A stretch of 64,000 nt of DNA. Source: Ptychomitrium polyphyllum. Lineage: Eukaryota. The stretch lies in contig OZ316775.1 of assembly GCA_973851085.1 (NCBI GenBank), positions 23,064,001-23,128,000 on the forward strand, in the 5' to 3' direction. The notes beneath the pieces were generated by a model that worked only from the letters and a program-made list of their open reading frames with translations, made no database searches and was not told where the DNA came from. Positions 40,151 through 54,259 of this stretch are shown piece by piece. Positions within the stretch are counted from its first letter, which is position 1. Every line of letters starts with the position of its first letter. Both the position numbers and the translations under genes were made by a program.

Positions 40151-43102
40151 AATTTTGGCCTTGTCCAATTATTGATTGCTTCAGCCTTTTTTAGATACTT
40201 TAATAGTTCTTTCTTGATTATGATATATCCTAGGGATTCCACTTGAGATTCATGGAATATACATTTGTCCAACTTGGCATTTATACCAATATTTCATAGA
40301 TTTTGTAGGACTATGCGGACATGTTGTTCATATTCCTTTGGATTTTTTTACTAGATCAGCATATCATTTAAATAGCATACAATTAAATTATGGACGCACT
40401 CCCAAATTATGTCATTCATCAAGTGCTGAAAAAATAGTGGGTGCATTGATAAGTCTAAAAGACATTACATTGTGTTCAAAATGTCCATACTTTGTTCAAA
40501 AATTCATCTTCCAATTGTCTCCTCTTTTTATGCGCACCATATTGTACGTTCTTCGTAGGTCTATTTTGCTATAAATCTTTGCTTGGCCAAGTTGATCAAG
40601 AAGTCAAGTTATCAACGGCAATGGATGTTGGTTCTTCACCATCATTTTATTGAGGCTGCAATAATTGACACACATTTGAAAAAATCCATCTTTTTTCTTT
40701 ACAAAAATTATTGGAACACCAGCAGGAAACTTTGAATGTTGAATGAACTTCTTGGCTAATTTTTCATCAATATACTCCCTTAATGATGAAAGCTCATTTT
40801 GGAATAAATTATAGATAGATTCAAATGGTGGCTGAACGCCGTCTTGGAGGTCTATGGCACAGTCGTAGGCACAATGTTCTGATAGAGTATCTACATTCTT
40901 CTTTTCAAATACATTGTTGAATTTCTTATACTTTTCTAAAATGGTTGAAGATAAAGCCACAACTTTGGACGTTGGGGTTGCATACATAGCAAAAGAAGCA
41001 CCAGTCTTTGCTGCTCTCATAAATGCGCTAATTCCAATAAAAGGAGGCTTTATGCTCTTAGATATATAAGATGCTCTAGCTTCTTCCGTAGGCTTAGTAG
41101 TTACAAGTTTAAATTATGGAAATTCTATTTTGCGGGATGTCCAATCTATCTACGGGTTGTAATTTTTGAGCCAAGAAAGCCCCAGAATGATGGAATTTGA
41201 CAAAGACGTACTGATATAATATATCATTTGGCTACTATAATTATCTAATGTTATTATTAATGGATTGGTCGCATGAATAAATATCTCCAGTTTAAATTGC
41301 GATTAAATAATATCTCTACTTCTATGTACATATTGGATTTAATCGCACGGTTCCTACTATGGCTAGACGTCTTCATTTTTTTGCAAAGCATTCAGCGTTG
41401 TGGTTGTACCTCTCTTCCAATATGTACATAGAAGTTTCTCTGGGCGTTATCAATCTTGTGGCTAGGTTTTCCACCGTATAAATACAATCCTTGCTCCCTT
41501 TGTCGCTTCTTCTCATATTTGGTAAAGAGCTTGAAGCAAACTGCATCAATCTGTATGGCTTCCACTTTCAAATACTTATTAGAGGTAAGCGGGACCAGAG
41601 GTATTGAAAAATGGATATATGACCAAGGCATAATCAAAATCTGTTTATCTTATTAACATTGAAATAGACAATTATTGCACTTCTAAGCTTGAATGATAGC
41701 CTCATCAAGTATTTGGAGGTCTTGCATGGATAGCAATAAATCCTTAACCTTATAGTATACGCTCCAATGAAATTGACTCATCAGCGCTTCTTCTTCCTAA
41801 TTGATGTCGCATACAAGTTGTCAAAATTTTAATGCATAAATTGACATAGAACATGGCCCTTGGCGCAAGGCACAAATCTTAGTAGTTGCAGAATAGAGCT
41901 TGTTATGGTCACCAAATGTTTTTGCAAATGCGGCTAAGAACGCATCAAAGTTGCTAAGTATGGAAAAATTCTTCTTAAAAAGTGATGCAAACCAGAACAA
42001 TGTTTGTCTTGAAACCAATGTTCCTATGAAACCAATGCGCAAAGCATCCGTATAATATCGTTGAGATTGAAGCAAGATAACAAGCTGAATTTGGTTCACA
42101 AAGCCTCAAAATTTTGAACGCATATCATCAAATTTTTTTAGAAGGCTGATTTTTTGTTCTTTGGTTGTCGACATAGTATTACTGGCTTGAACTTGTCCAT
42201 CTTCAACTAAATCAGATTTAAACAATGAAGCACCTAAGTTGACTTGGAATAGCAACTGCAGTGCTTTTGCTCCTTGACCATTATGTATGATCAAGTGTAA
42301 TTCTTTGTTTTTTTTGGATAAAGCCTCATTTTTTATCCTCAATGCTTCAAAGGCATTAATAATGGTATCTAACTTGGCTTCTTTTTAATCAACCATATTG
42401 ATTTCTTCACCTGGTGGCATAGAAATGAAGTGGAAATGGATAAAAGTTGTTAAATACATAAAAAACCAAAGAAAATTCAAGAACCAATATCAATCTAGAA
42501 AATGGTGATCCGCAACCCTTAGAGTGCTATAGTGCTATAGTGCTTTTGAAAAAGAAGAATGATTTGTTTTCTATCAAAAAAAACCAAGCTTTAATATTGT
42601 TGTATGATAGTCTAAATAAATTGTTACAGACAAAGTAATTATAAGATAAGGTTTCAGGATTTTAGGATGTGGAACAAGATATGTTCAAAGGTATATTAAA
42701 GGTAAAGAGCTACGAAAAGGTTTAAAAGACAAGGCCAGAAGGTTTGAACTATACGACAAGAAATGTGTTGCCGAGACTGAAGATTCCTTCAACCTCGAAT
42801 CCTATATATACTAGAACTACAAGCCTTGGAAGCTTCTTGGGAAGCTTCTCCTCTATTGTTTTGTATTCAAGCAATCTTGAGTTGTTTCTTTGGAAGTTTT
42901 TTAAACCAAGGTAACTTCCATGGAAGCTTTTTAAACCAAAATAACTTCCATGGAAGCTTCCTAAATCAAAGAAACTTCCTTGGAAGCTTTGTAAGCCGAG
43001 GTAACTTCCTTAGAAGCTTCCTAATTCAAGATAATTTTTTTAGAAGCTCCTTAAATCTTCTAAGAGTCTTTCTAGATGCTTCTAATAGGTATGTTCGTGA
43101 CA
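40151..43102 (-). mobile_element. Degenerate, 3'-truncated Ty3/gypsy element (family C): 5' LTR, gag, protease, part of RT
   Basis: LTR 42622-43102 (TGTTACAG...TCGTGACA); gag relics 41821-42342 and 41392-41637; RT relic 40604-41020 (YDCAIDLQDG, PIIFVKKKDG). Confidence 0.88.
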
Positions 43103-45859
43103 ACCATTCATCTAAATTCATGCATAGAATTCATTAAAGTGTGTGACATTTGTCTATATTTAAAGATTTAAAATGCTACAACTTTAATTACAAATGGAAA
43201 ATTCAAACTTCATTTTAATTGGTCCAAACAATTGGTCAAAGTATTTGATTAAAGTAAAAAGAGATTATTGATACAAATAGAAACCAATTAGCAAGCAATG
43301 AATACTTTATATAGGACTTTTTACAGTATATTGTAAGAACTAAGGAAACCACACACTCTACTATTTCTTAAAACACCTTATATATATTATAATAATTGGA
43401 TAACCACCAAAAATTACATACAAAACCACTTGTGTATAAAATCTTTTGTATCAAAATTAATGCACTAAAAATTAAACGAAATTGAATAATTTTAATTTAT
43501 CAAATTTGATATTATATGTAAAATCTTTCATTACAATTATATAAAAGCTTCTATAAATCCAATTTTTTTTAAATAAAAAATAATATGTAGTCACTAAAAT
43601 GAGATACTGGAGTCATTTGTTAAGTCATCTTTAAAAGAAAGTACCATAAAAGACACTAATTTTTTTTACCACAAAACAAATCAAAAATGTATTTTAGAAT
43701 ATATTTTGATGAATAAAAGAAGAACAATACTAGGATGTTATTAAGGAACATGTGAGCCTAATAAAAATCCCTACACTAATTGGACGGCATATTGGTCCAT
43801 ATAATCCTACTTTTAGTTATTAATAAATTAAATTGCATTGTAGTCCAAGTCAAGTTTTTATTCTAAATTCTCCAATGGGCAAAATCTATCAAATATATGA
43901 ATTGCTTGAATTGTTGATACCAATTTTCCATAATATAGTCAAATTTCCAAAATTCATAATAAACTCATTATATATCCAAATAGAGTGATTTAAACGGCAT
44001 TGAAAAGCTAACAACAAAATTTACAAGAATAAAATATTACAATAAAATTTGAAACACATCCAAGCTACTGATTAAGTTTCAATTACAGCTTGCTAGATTT
44101 TTACAATTCTAACTTCTCACAACAAGTTGAATTTCTAAAATTCATAAACAATTTACTACAACTCCAAATTGAGTTTTAAAACAATGTTGGAAATTCAATC
44201 ACAAGATCTACAACAATATAAATTCAAGTGAAAGATTAGAAGTAAGTTCATGGATTCATTAAACTACAATTGCAACTTATAGAAAAAATGGTTTTTACGA
44301 CTTCAACCTTTGATCCATGCCTCCAAGCTCTTGATCTACACTCGAAATTCAAAATTGATGCTCAATATCCTAGATCCTTGACTTTAATTCCAAGAGTTCT
44401 TATTATCCTTTTTCAAATTCTACACTGCTTCTATCAATGAAATAAAATGAGGAAAGATTTAGGCCTTATTCCTCCTATTGATATTACTTTTAACTATTTT
44501 AAAGAAAAACAACAAAATGAGCTAATTTTTTAGCTCACAATATCCTATACTTTAAATTTATCTAAAGCTAATTGGACTCTTCCATGTCAAATTTAAATTA
44601 GCTTTAAAGGTCCAAAGTCCTTATTGCTTTTTTGAATTGGAAATGCTTTAATATTTGTGTTATAAATTATAAAAAATATTAATTATAAAAGGAAATTCAT
44701 TTTTAAAATAAAAAATAAGAAAATTTTATTTAGCAAATAAATTTATTATTTAATAGTATTGTATTAATATGCAAGTTTAAAAAATAATTGTAGAATTTTT
44801 AAATTAATTATATGGTAAACTAATTGATTGATTGTAGCAAATAATATAAGTTTTCTAATATTTGATGATTATAAAATTTCATATTTATAAATTTAATATA
44901 AGTTTATATTTAATTTTAGGTTATCTTGTTAAACTTTCTAACTGAATGATTGGAAAACATTTTATAATAAAACAATTGCTTATAATAAATTAAAATATTA
45001 ATATATCATGCATAGAATATTGTGGCATTTCATTATAATTATGGTAAAACCAAAAGTGTCAAATTTTATAATAATATTTTATTAAGAAGGAATAGATGCA
45101 TTAATTGACATTTTGATTGGTTTATAGTTTTACTACTTGCATTTTATTTTGATACTTCAAGAAATGGTAAATTTCTATTTCAAAAAAATAGCACCACTTT
45201 CTATTTAATGCCCTTGGTACAAGATTTATGAAATATGTTGGAGTATGAAAAAAAAGTTCTTTGCTTGATGTCACCTTTTAAATCCACCTTCCAATTGAAT
45301 AATCATATAATTGCACAATGTTTTAAAATAAATTAAGGTTTAAAACAAGTACACTCTAATCAATCAAATTTCATATCATTTTTTTTCAATATGATTTTTT
45401 TTACAATTCAGCAACTTCACATGGTCTTTGATGTAGAAAATCAATCAAAAATGATGTCTAATTGGACTCCTCCAAATTGCTCACATGAATATTTAAAAAA
45501 GATGAATTCTTAGCATATTGCTTTGACATTATTTAAATATGCAAATTATTATTAAAGGTTAATTTTTACCAGCGGCTTAAAATAAAATCATTGAAAATGG
45601 ACCAACAAGATTATTCAAAAGCTTGGAATTAGGACCAAAGGACTTTACATTGAAAGATTAGTTAGATTTGCATAAATCCATATGACAACCTATGTAGCAC
45701 AATTTTGGTTCCAAGCTTCAATTGAAATCCTCATAATCCTATAGCCTAATTGCAAGAGGTTGATCAAACTTTTCCAAGATCCTTTAGATTGCACTATTTG
45801 TGGTGAATGTAGAGTGGTGATATAGATTAAAAGAAAGATACAAAATAAATAAATATGAC

Positions 45860-45975
45860 ATAAACACAACAAAAATAAACACAACATAAATACACATTAA
45901 AGACTCACAATATAAATACACATTAAAGATACACAACATAAAGATAGACAAACACACATTTTAGATATAGACAAA
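45860..45975. repeat. Imperfect A/C-rich tandem repeat
   Basis: Recurring acacaacataaatacacattaaaga-like units. Confidence 0.55.
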
Positions 45976-46618
45976 TTCAACTTTGAATAGCTTATGCAAT
46001 ATTAAGGAAATTGTTAGTAACAATAAGGAATTGATTGAGCTGGTTTTGACATGGAAATTAAAGGATATGAATGCTAGAAAGGCAAACAAACAAATCTAGC
46101 TTCATTTGACCACAATCTAAGGTCATATAGAGTATGTCCAAAATTTGTGCAAAAAGAAGATAAAGACTAGTTAACCCTTTGAAAGCCACAAAAGTTAACA
46201 AACGCGGTGCCATTCCTTTAAATCATGCATTTGAAGAAGAAAAATATCTACATAATCTCTAGAAGATTCTTCTTTGCATAGCCAATACAGAAGAGTATAT
46301 TGAAAGGTTCCATAGGCTAGGCATGAATATTGTGAATTCACTATTCATGGATGCATTCTTCTTTGCTAGTATCACACACATCTAATAAATGCAACCACCA
46401 TTGGATTTTATCTAAGATAACCACCACCTTCTATAGTTGCCTCTAGCTTTTCAAAGCTTTTATGCAATGTTTGCTCAATTCAACAATAACATAAAGTTCT
46501 TTCATCTTCAATGCCATGAATTTCAACTTCTCCCTAAGTACCATCTTCTGTGGGATAGCCATATTGACAACAAGGAAAAAGTAATGAAACAGTTTTAGTA
46601 AACTCCATAGCAATGCAC

Positions 46619-47566
46619 CTTTAATATCACAACGTATCTTTCCTTCTGAATGTAGTTAGTTAAGTAGCAGTAGAAGCACTTGTACGATGCATGCGATGAA
46701 TATTTCATCAAGTTGTAGTCCAGTCTCAGCTACACGACAAGAGCACTCAAAGCCCTGCGAAATGCAGGTAAAGCAAACTAAAAAACAGCTATTATTTTCT
46801 AATGTTATAATCAAATCAATTTGACACAACTTAATCTTAACAGAGTACCATTTTAACTAAAATGATATCAGATGCAAATCTATCCAAGTCTTTTGGTCAT
46901 GCAAAAGCACCAGAGCACACTTCTTTAGGCAACAAGGAATGCCTCCAATTATGGTGTAAAACTCATCAAGTCAAATTTAGAACCACTGGCCATATATTTC
47001 ATAATGATTCATAATTTTGCCCAGTGCAAGTAGAATCTATAACACTCCGTGATATGTGGTGAATAACATTGAGATAGGACACAAATTTCTTCCAAATGAA
47101 AATGCTTGTGCCCAAGTAGTAATCAAAATGAAGTATAAGAATGTAGAAATTACAGCTTAATATTTTGTAAAATAAACCCCTTCACATCATCACTACACTA
47201 TCCTTCCAAACAGCCACAGGTCCAGATTGCAGGTTAAGTCTAAATATTGGAGGTCAAAGCACCTTCTGTATGTCCTCAACTTTGTCTTGTCTAATCACAG
47301 GGAAAATTTGGACATCACAGCACGAAAATGTCAGGCTTCCTTAACCACGAATGCACGTTCCCTGCAACGTTCTTGAGGCTATACAGACAATTAATGGCAC
47401 TCACAAATGTTTTTTCATGTTATATATTAATTCCACATGAAGTCTCCAACTAAAACTAAATAGAAGCCCCTCTAGTAGAGATTGATATCGAAGGAAAAAT
47501 GTTACTAACGCTTCCTCCAAGTTGATGACTTTCATTGCCACCTCCTAACTCAATTCATGTCAAATC
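46619..47566 (-). pseudogene. Unprocessed pseudogene fragment of a STE20/MAP4K (GCK-III-like) kinase
   Basis: Four exon relics read by hand: ~47566-47510 FD.ELS*EVAMKVINLEEA; ~47290-47263 QDKVEDIQK; ~47090-46960 EICVLSQCYSPHITECYRFYLHWAKL*IIMKYMASGS; ~46729-46619 ETGLQLDEIFIACIVQVLLLLLN*LHSEGKIRCDIK. Confidence 0.85.
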
Positions 47567-50471
47567 TGCACGACCACAGTATATCAAACTCACATAACTA
47601 CAAAGAAATACTGTCAAAAGTTCAGAAAGAACAGTATGCAATATTCATATGTATAATCTCACAGGAAGTTTGTGAACTTTAAACAACAGAAGATATATTG
47701 AGTATCATCAAAGTCCAAATGTATAGCTTGGGGATCACCTTTGACTACTTCATTCACACCTCACGTAAACATAAAAAGGCTGTAGCTCGTTGCTAGTTCG
47801 GACAATATGAACAATCTACATATCATTAGAGCATCATCCTTGTGTATCTTCCAACAAAGCACTTTCTCAGATTTCGTGACAATTCCATCCAAACCTCATT
47901 TCTAAAAACATCTAAAAACGTCTTGAATTAACGGATCAAATTCACACATTCAACTGGCCAAAAATAATTTTGCATCCGATGTCTAATTGCTCATAGTTTA
48001 TCTGGTTTGAGACTCCTTCCTAGTTTTCAAGCTAGCAATAAACTCCGCAAACTTTACATCAGAGGCCTAATTTTACATTGTTTTTGTCCCCACCAATACC
48101 TAAGTCCTAAACCTGGTCATACTTCCTTGTTCATTTATCCTTGTAGAAAGAATATGGTGTAGAGTAAGCATCTTCATGTAGCAAAATAGAAGGATATGTT
48201 GTTTGAATTTAGCAACTTTGGACAAATCATCTACCATTTCATTTTCTAAGATGTTAGTATGTTCTTTAATTTTATATAAAGTAATAAGATGGATTTGTCT
48301 TTAGAGCATTGTGACTATTTTTGAACACATGGCTTTGTGTAGTGAAAGATGTTTTATTTGAATATTAATTTAGGTATAAAGAGTTTTAACTGTCTATGGA
48401 TATGTAGATACATTCATCTAAATATTTTTTCACAATAATTTAATGATTTTTTATGTTACCAGTAATTCAATATGGAAGATACTTTATAAACTTCATAATT
48501 TTTCAAAATTTGTAAAAAATTAATGGAATTGTAAACTACAATATGAAGAAATTTTAGAGCCCTAATAATTTTGCCAAAAGTGTTTTGTATATAGAAATTA
48601 TCATTTATATATTAAATAAAATCTTATAGAGAATTTTGTAGATAAGTAGAATGGATAAAATGAACACAAAAGATTTTGTATTTATATTATGAAGTATATT
48701 GGATATAATCCTTTATTTCATATTTTACTTTTATCAACAATAATATTTGGTGGATTTTTTCAAGCTATTCTTGTATACAATATTAAAATGTCAAGTTGGA
48801 TTAAAAGTAATCCATAATTGCTACACAACTTAATTGAAAATATTTTCCAAAGGATTTTGTTGGTGGTATATATGAAGTATTTGTATCTTGGTTCTTTTAA
48901 TTCCAAATATTGGTTAATTTACAATATTTAAGATAATTTGGTACAAAGTGTGTTATGACATGAATGTCAAGGAATTTTCTTTTTGTATAGAAGATAGTTA
49001 TAACGCCATTATGTAAAACCTAAACCTAAAATCTAAATTCTAAAACATTCAAACTTATCAATGATAGAAGATGAGAAATAGAAAGGTTACATGTATACAC
49101 TAATCCATCAATTAGGAGATTTAGAATATTTCTTTTGACATGTAAAATGAAGACTTTAGTTAATATTGATTTCATAAACTAAGAGATCATTAATTCTTCA
49201 AATTAGAACCAAGCATATTAAAAAGATAATGTGAGACATTAAACAATCTGAGATAAATTTGAGTATTACAAGATTGTAATTTAGATCAGATTGAATGTTT
49301 TTCATTCATGGTTTATTTTGCTTGTGAAAAATCACGGCTGGTAAACAGGGGGACGGAAATGGCAGCTGAGGCCCACCGTGCTCACATGCCCATGTGCCTT
49401 TCGAATGGGGTGCAAATAGAGCTTCACTGTACGGGGCCCTGTCTCACGCCCGAGATGGAATCCCCCACCCTACATGCCGGCAGCGCTGCAGCTGCTTTAG
49501 TGCTCCCAGCTGTGCCGTAGGCTCTAGAGCACGAGCATCACTAGCCGTCTGGCACCACCCCCACCACTCTGCCTCCGGGCTCCCCGGCTGCCGCTCACAT
49601 CCTCGTCAACCCTCTGGCCTCTCGCCGATTGCTCTTGGATCTTGAACCTGTCCTCTCTCATTTTGATGGTCCCGCTTTTCGTGTCCGTGGTGCTGCTGGA
49701 ATGGGTGCACTACCATGATTCTTGCAACCGGGTCTCTTCGTGGACGACATTGGATTCCTTTCTAATTTCGATTTGGTTGCTCTTGCGGAGCCCCATGTGA
49801 TTCATTTCAGTCCTGGTTCTGAGATTGTGATCGCGCTTTGGTGCGAGTTTGCTCTGGTGTTCGTCTCCCATGCGGACTCTGGAGTTAGTGCAGAATGGGT
49901 GCGCGGTATGATATGGCGGTGATGATGTAATGGCAATCTAGTACTAAAGATCTCCGTGTTTTTCGCTCGGAGAGGAAGGCAGGGGTACTACTGATTTCCA
50001 ATTTTAGAGACTGCCTGTAGTGAATCGGGGGATTACGGCACATGCATGGTGCAGCTATGAATCAACCGGGTGTGGCTCCTCCGGACGCCGAGTCGAGGTT
50101 GTAACAGAAACAGTACACACACATCCTCGCGAGTGGTAGCCAAAGTCGGCCTCCGGAGCATGTGAGGATAGTATCGCCAGGAAGATTTTCTGAGGATCAT
50201 AATTCGACCAGTTTGTACAGACGTTGCTATTCGTCAAAAGGTATCTTGGATTGCAATTGTGAACTATAAACTTGACACTTACGTCATTCTTGTTTGCAAG
50301 CCGATTTATTGTTCAAAATTCAAGATTCATCTAGGGCGATGGGCATAGGATCAATGAATTGTGGATGACCTAATGTGAAGTTCTTGTGCTGGGGGACAGC
50401 TTTTGGAATAAAAAGAAGTAAGCTTCTCCACCGCCATGCTTCAATTGTTGCTGCATGAGTGAGTCACGGTA

Positions 50472-52186
50472 ATGGGGGTCAAGCTTATGTCCTGCTTCGG
50501 GTACTTACCTGTGAAGAAGAAATTCAAGTATGGCTCAGTATGTAAGTGCCTCTGAGGTTATCAGTTTGTAAGTTTACGTCGATTCAATTTGTTTTGATAT
50601 AGATTTTTGAGCGCGTCGAGCTCATCTCTGTTAAATATATTCGTGCAGACGGTCTGATGTAAATTACTGTCCTCTACAGCTGTAGAATATATCGACCCCA
50701 GCTTAAAGCAAGGAATTTTAGGACCCCTAATTACAGCAGTAACCACTTATTACACATACAAGGAGCTCAAATCGGCAACCAATAATTTCGACTCTGTTTG
50801 CAAAATAGACTATGGCGAACTGGGGTTGCTTTTTAAGGCTGTTTTGTCACCAGATGAAATTGTTGCTGTGAAACGAGCCACTCGGGAATCTCATCAAAGT
50901 CATTCTGACTTTCGAAATGGTATTGATTATAACTCACTCTCATCTCTCTTTTATTTCATGACTTTGTAATTTTCTGACCATGTTGAATAGTTCGTTTGTT
51001 CGCCTACTTTAGCTTGTTCAACCGTTTAATATATTGATTACCGATTTGTAGTGGCTGTGCACCTACAGAAATAAAGTTTCTATCAGGGATTCATCATAAG
51101 CACCTTGTGAACCTTTGTGGGTTCTGTGAGGAAGGAGGTGAACAAATTCTTGTCTACGAGTTTGTTGCTAGTGGAAACTTAGCTGGTCATTTTCTGGGTG
51201 AGTACTTCTGTCCTTGAAATTAGTTTCCGACTTTTGAAGTTCAGTCTTTTGAGATGGCTTGTAACGTCAATTTTACTGACAAATTTTGATTTGTCTTGCG
51301 ATGTGCAGGGGAGTCAGGCCTATCTCTGTCATGGCGTGAGCGAGTATACATCGCAATCTGCACAGCGAAAGGGCTGGCATACCTTCACGAAGAGTGCATC
51401 CCGCCTGTCATCCACAAAGACGTGAAACCGAGCAACATCCTACTCGATCACAACTACCATGCCAAGCTCGCCAACTTCGGCCCCAATGCAACGCACATGT
51501 TGACAGGGGCAACGGGAACGCCTGGTTACATCGACCCTTCTCATGTCAAGTCCAACGTCGGCCCTGCTTGCGACATCCACAGCTTTGGAGTAGTGCTCCT
51601 CCAACTCGTCACCGGCAAGCCTGCGTGCGACGGCTTGCGAGATGAAGCATCTTACCACCTTACAGACTGGGTAAAGATTTTCTATCACTTCTTATTTTCT
51701 ATTTTCTTTTGTCTCAAATTGTTAAGACTGATTCCCGTTTTCTCACTTTTGCAACAGGTTCGCCTCAGACTAGAGTCCGATGAGTTTGATAAACTACTCG
51801 ACATCAACCTACTACACTCAGCAACCTTCAACCCCGAGACCTTGATCCAAATGGCGCATCTTGGGCTCAGGTGCACGGACCTCGACGCAAAGTCACGCCC
51901 TTTGATGAGCGAAGTGGTGCAGGAGCTCGAGCATGCTTTGCATGCAGTGGATCAGCTCCATTCTAACCCTCCCAGCTTCACAGTGCCGCGGCCATGCGAC
52001 ATCTCCTACACGGGATCTGGGTATACGTGCAGATCCTCGGGGTCAGATTTCAGTCTGCCAGAACTCGGGGGCAAAGATGCGCACATCAAGTTCGATGGGA
52101 TGGAGTGGATCGACATCAAAGCACTGGAAGTGCCAGATTTTGGCGACGTCTCTGACGAGGTTGCTCTGGAAAGGTTTGTCGTATAA
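50472..52186 (+). CDS. Receptor-like cytoplasmic kinase (RLK/Pelle), probable pseudokinase, ~409 aa, 5 exons
   Basis: Exons 50472-50541, 50680-50919, 51069-51197, 51309-51670, 51758-52186 join in frame. MGVKLMSCFG N-terminus, YTYKELKSATNNF, VAVKR, HKHLVNLCGFC, HKDVKPSNILL, GTPGYIDP. Confidence 0.88.
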
Positions 52187-53120
52187 CTTAATAAAGGAAA
52201 ATGATTCATGGATACCGCAACTCATTTTTTGCGAGTTCAGATTCCGAGAAAGACCTAAATGCAGGTATTATAGTTCGGTAACGCTGATGAGCACCAGGCA
52301 CAAGGGGTCTGAAATTCAATGTCCACTTTTCGATTGATATCTATGTGATTTCTTGAGTGATAGTAAGGTGATATTGGTGTGATACTCAGGTGGGGTACCT
52401 TGTAACATGGATGAAATATGAACGTTGTAAACTTCGTTAGGCTACTTGTGAAGCATGCTGCTCTGGTAATTCGTTCGCGCAAGTTTCTACAGCAGCATTT
52501 GGTGCCCCAGTTTGTATATTCATTGCTGAAGCTCATGTCTTAAGTTGAGTTTCTGTGAGTCGAAAACTAACGTGGTGTGCATTATATTCAGGGGTTCTTT
52601 TCTTTGCACATTTGCGTTGTATACGGGAAGTATCAATGGAATGTAAACGTTTGTAAGAACTGAGATGTGTTAGAAACTATTTCTCTAATTTGAGCAGAGT
52701 ATCGTAATCTCTCATATCTGATGATTGAAGTTCCTTCAAGACAGAGATTACAGATGCCTATACAAATCAGGGACCCATCACAGATGCCTATTAAAATCCT
52801 CATATCAACCTGAGCAGGCTTGAATTGAGTTCCAACACCAATACATTATGAACAGTTGGTGATCAACCATAGTTGTAAAGGTATGAGAAGATCAAACAAG
52901 AAATGAAGACCAAAATGGGAGAATTAGAACTCTTCTACTAAAACTTTTAGGAGTCTGAAGGTCCACTTTGTATGAAAGTCTGAATGTTATCTATATATTG
53001 TCAGAATCTTTTTGTTATCTTTTAAGATCCAAAGTTCTATGCTGTAATTATTGTGTATGAAAATTATATTTTTTTGTATCTTACATAACTTGATTTACTT
53101 AAAGTGAAACAAAAAGCAGT

Positions 53121-53193
53121 TGCTATTTTAATATTGGTGTTTTCACACTTTGATGCTGCTATTTTAATATAGGTGTTTTCACACTTTGATGCT
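53121..53193. repeat. Direct duplication, ~36-bp unit x2
   Basis: tgctatttt(t)aatat(t/a)ggtgttttcacactttgatgct occurs twice. Confidence 0.85.
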
Positions 53194-54259
53194 TTGATAA
53201 AAGAAATTTTGTCTGCACTAGTGAGTCGGCCATTACATCTTCAATGTAATGACATTTAACATTTTTATACAATTGTAAAAATAAAAAAATAGACAATGAA
53301 AGTAAACTAGAAAAATAAACAATAAATAATAAATTGTAGACACTGAAATGATAAAAGTAAAAAAATATACAATAAAAATAAATAGGATAAAGAAAACAAT
53401 AATTAATAAAAAATAATTAGTAAAAATTAAATAGTAAATAAGAAAAAATGAATAATAGTCATTAAAAAGATAAATATGAAAATAAGTTATTAATGCTTTT
53501 TGAAAATAAGTCAAATAAACCAAATTATCTTTTCGTAATTTTTACAAAATCCTAAAGAATAAGACATTTAAAAACAATTTTTTAACTCAAATATGATGAT
53601 GTCGAATTTTATTCATAATAATTCAAATAAAAATATTCACAAATTTACTACAAATAGAACATTTCTTTTGAATAATTTATTTGATTCTTGGTTTTTGTGA
53701 CAATGTATCAATCTTAGAATCTTACAATGATTTTGTTTTTTATAGGTAATTTAATGCTTTAATTTCATTCCAAATCTTGTTCAAAATATTATATAGAACA
53801 ACAAAGTCTAGGTAATTTTTTATTTTTTAACAATTAGATCCAATGTGCATATTCTTTATGAATGGTTTTTTTAAACTAATGAAAAGATGCTACTAGCTTT
53901 TCATGTCCATATTAAATAATTTTAGTTTTTAAACTTAACTTACTACTAGAATGTTAGTCCTTCTTAGAAAAGGTGATGACTTTTTTACTTAGTAATGCTA
54001 TGTAATTACTAGATGACATTTGCATTAAATCTATATTTCCATATTTCATAAAATCTTAAACAAATTATTAGAAATTCCAATAAAGAAGGCATATTGTATA
54101 CTAATAGAAAGATTTTTTTTCCCACATGATTGATTTACTCAAATTAGGAAGATATTATAAGAATATACATGGGATGTTAAAGAGATATTATAGCAGATTA
54201 TGTGTTATCCAAATGCACTTATATGATACCATTTTAATACTTATGTGATATCTAGGTAA

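Noticed and set aside
39530..43107. One intact element bounded by the LTRs at 39535 and 42622
   Set aside because: The LTRs belong to different families, there is no TSD, and RNase H and integrase are missing.
49015..49050. Interstitial telomeric repeat
   Set aside because: Only a few degenerate ccctaaa-like units.
53233..53523. Hydrophobic 96-aa ORF
   Set aside because: Artefact of A/T-rich low-complexity sequence.
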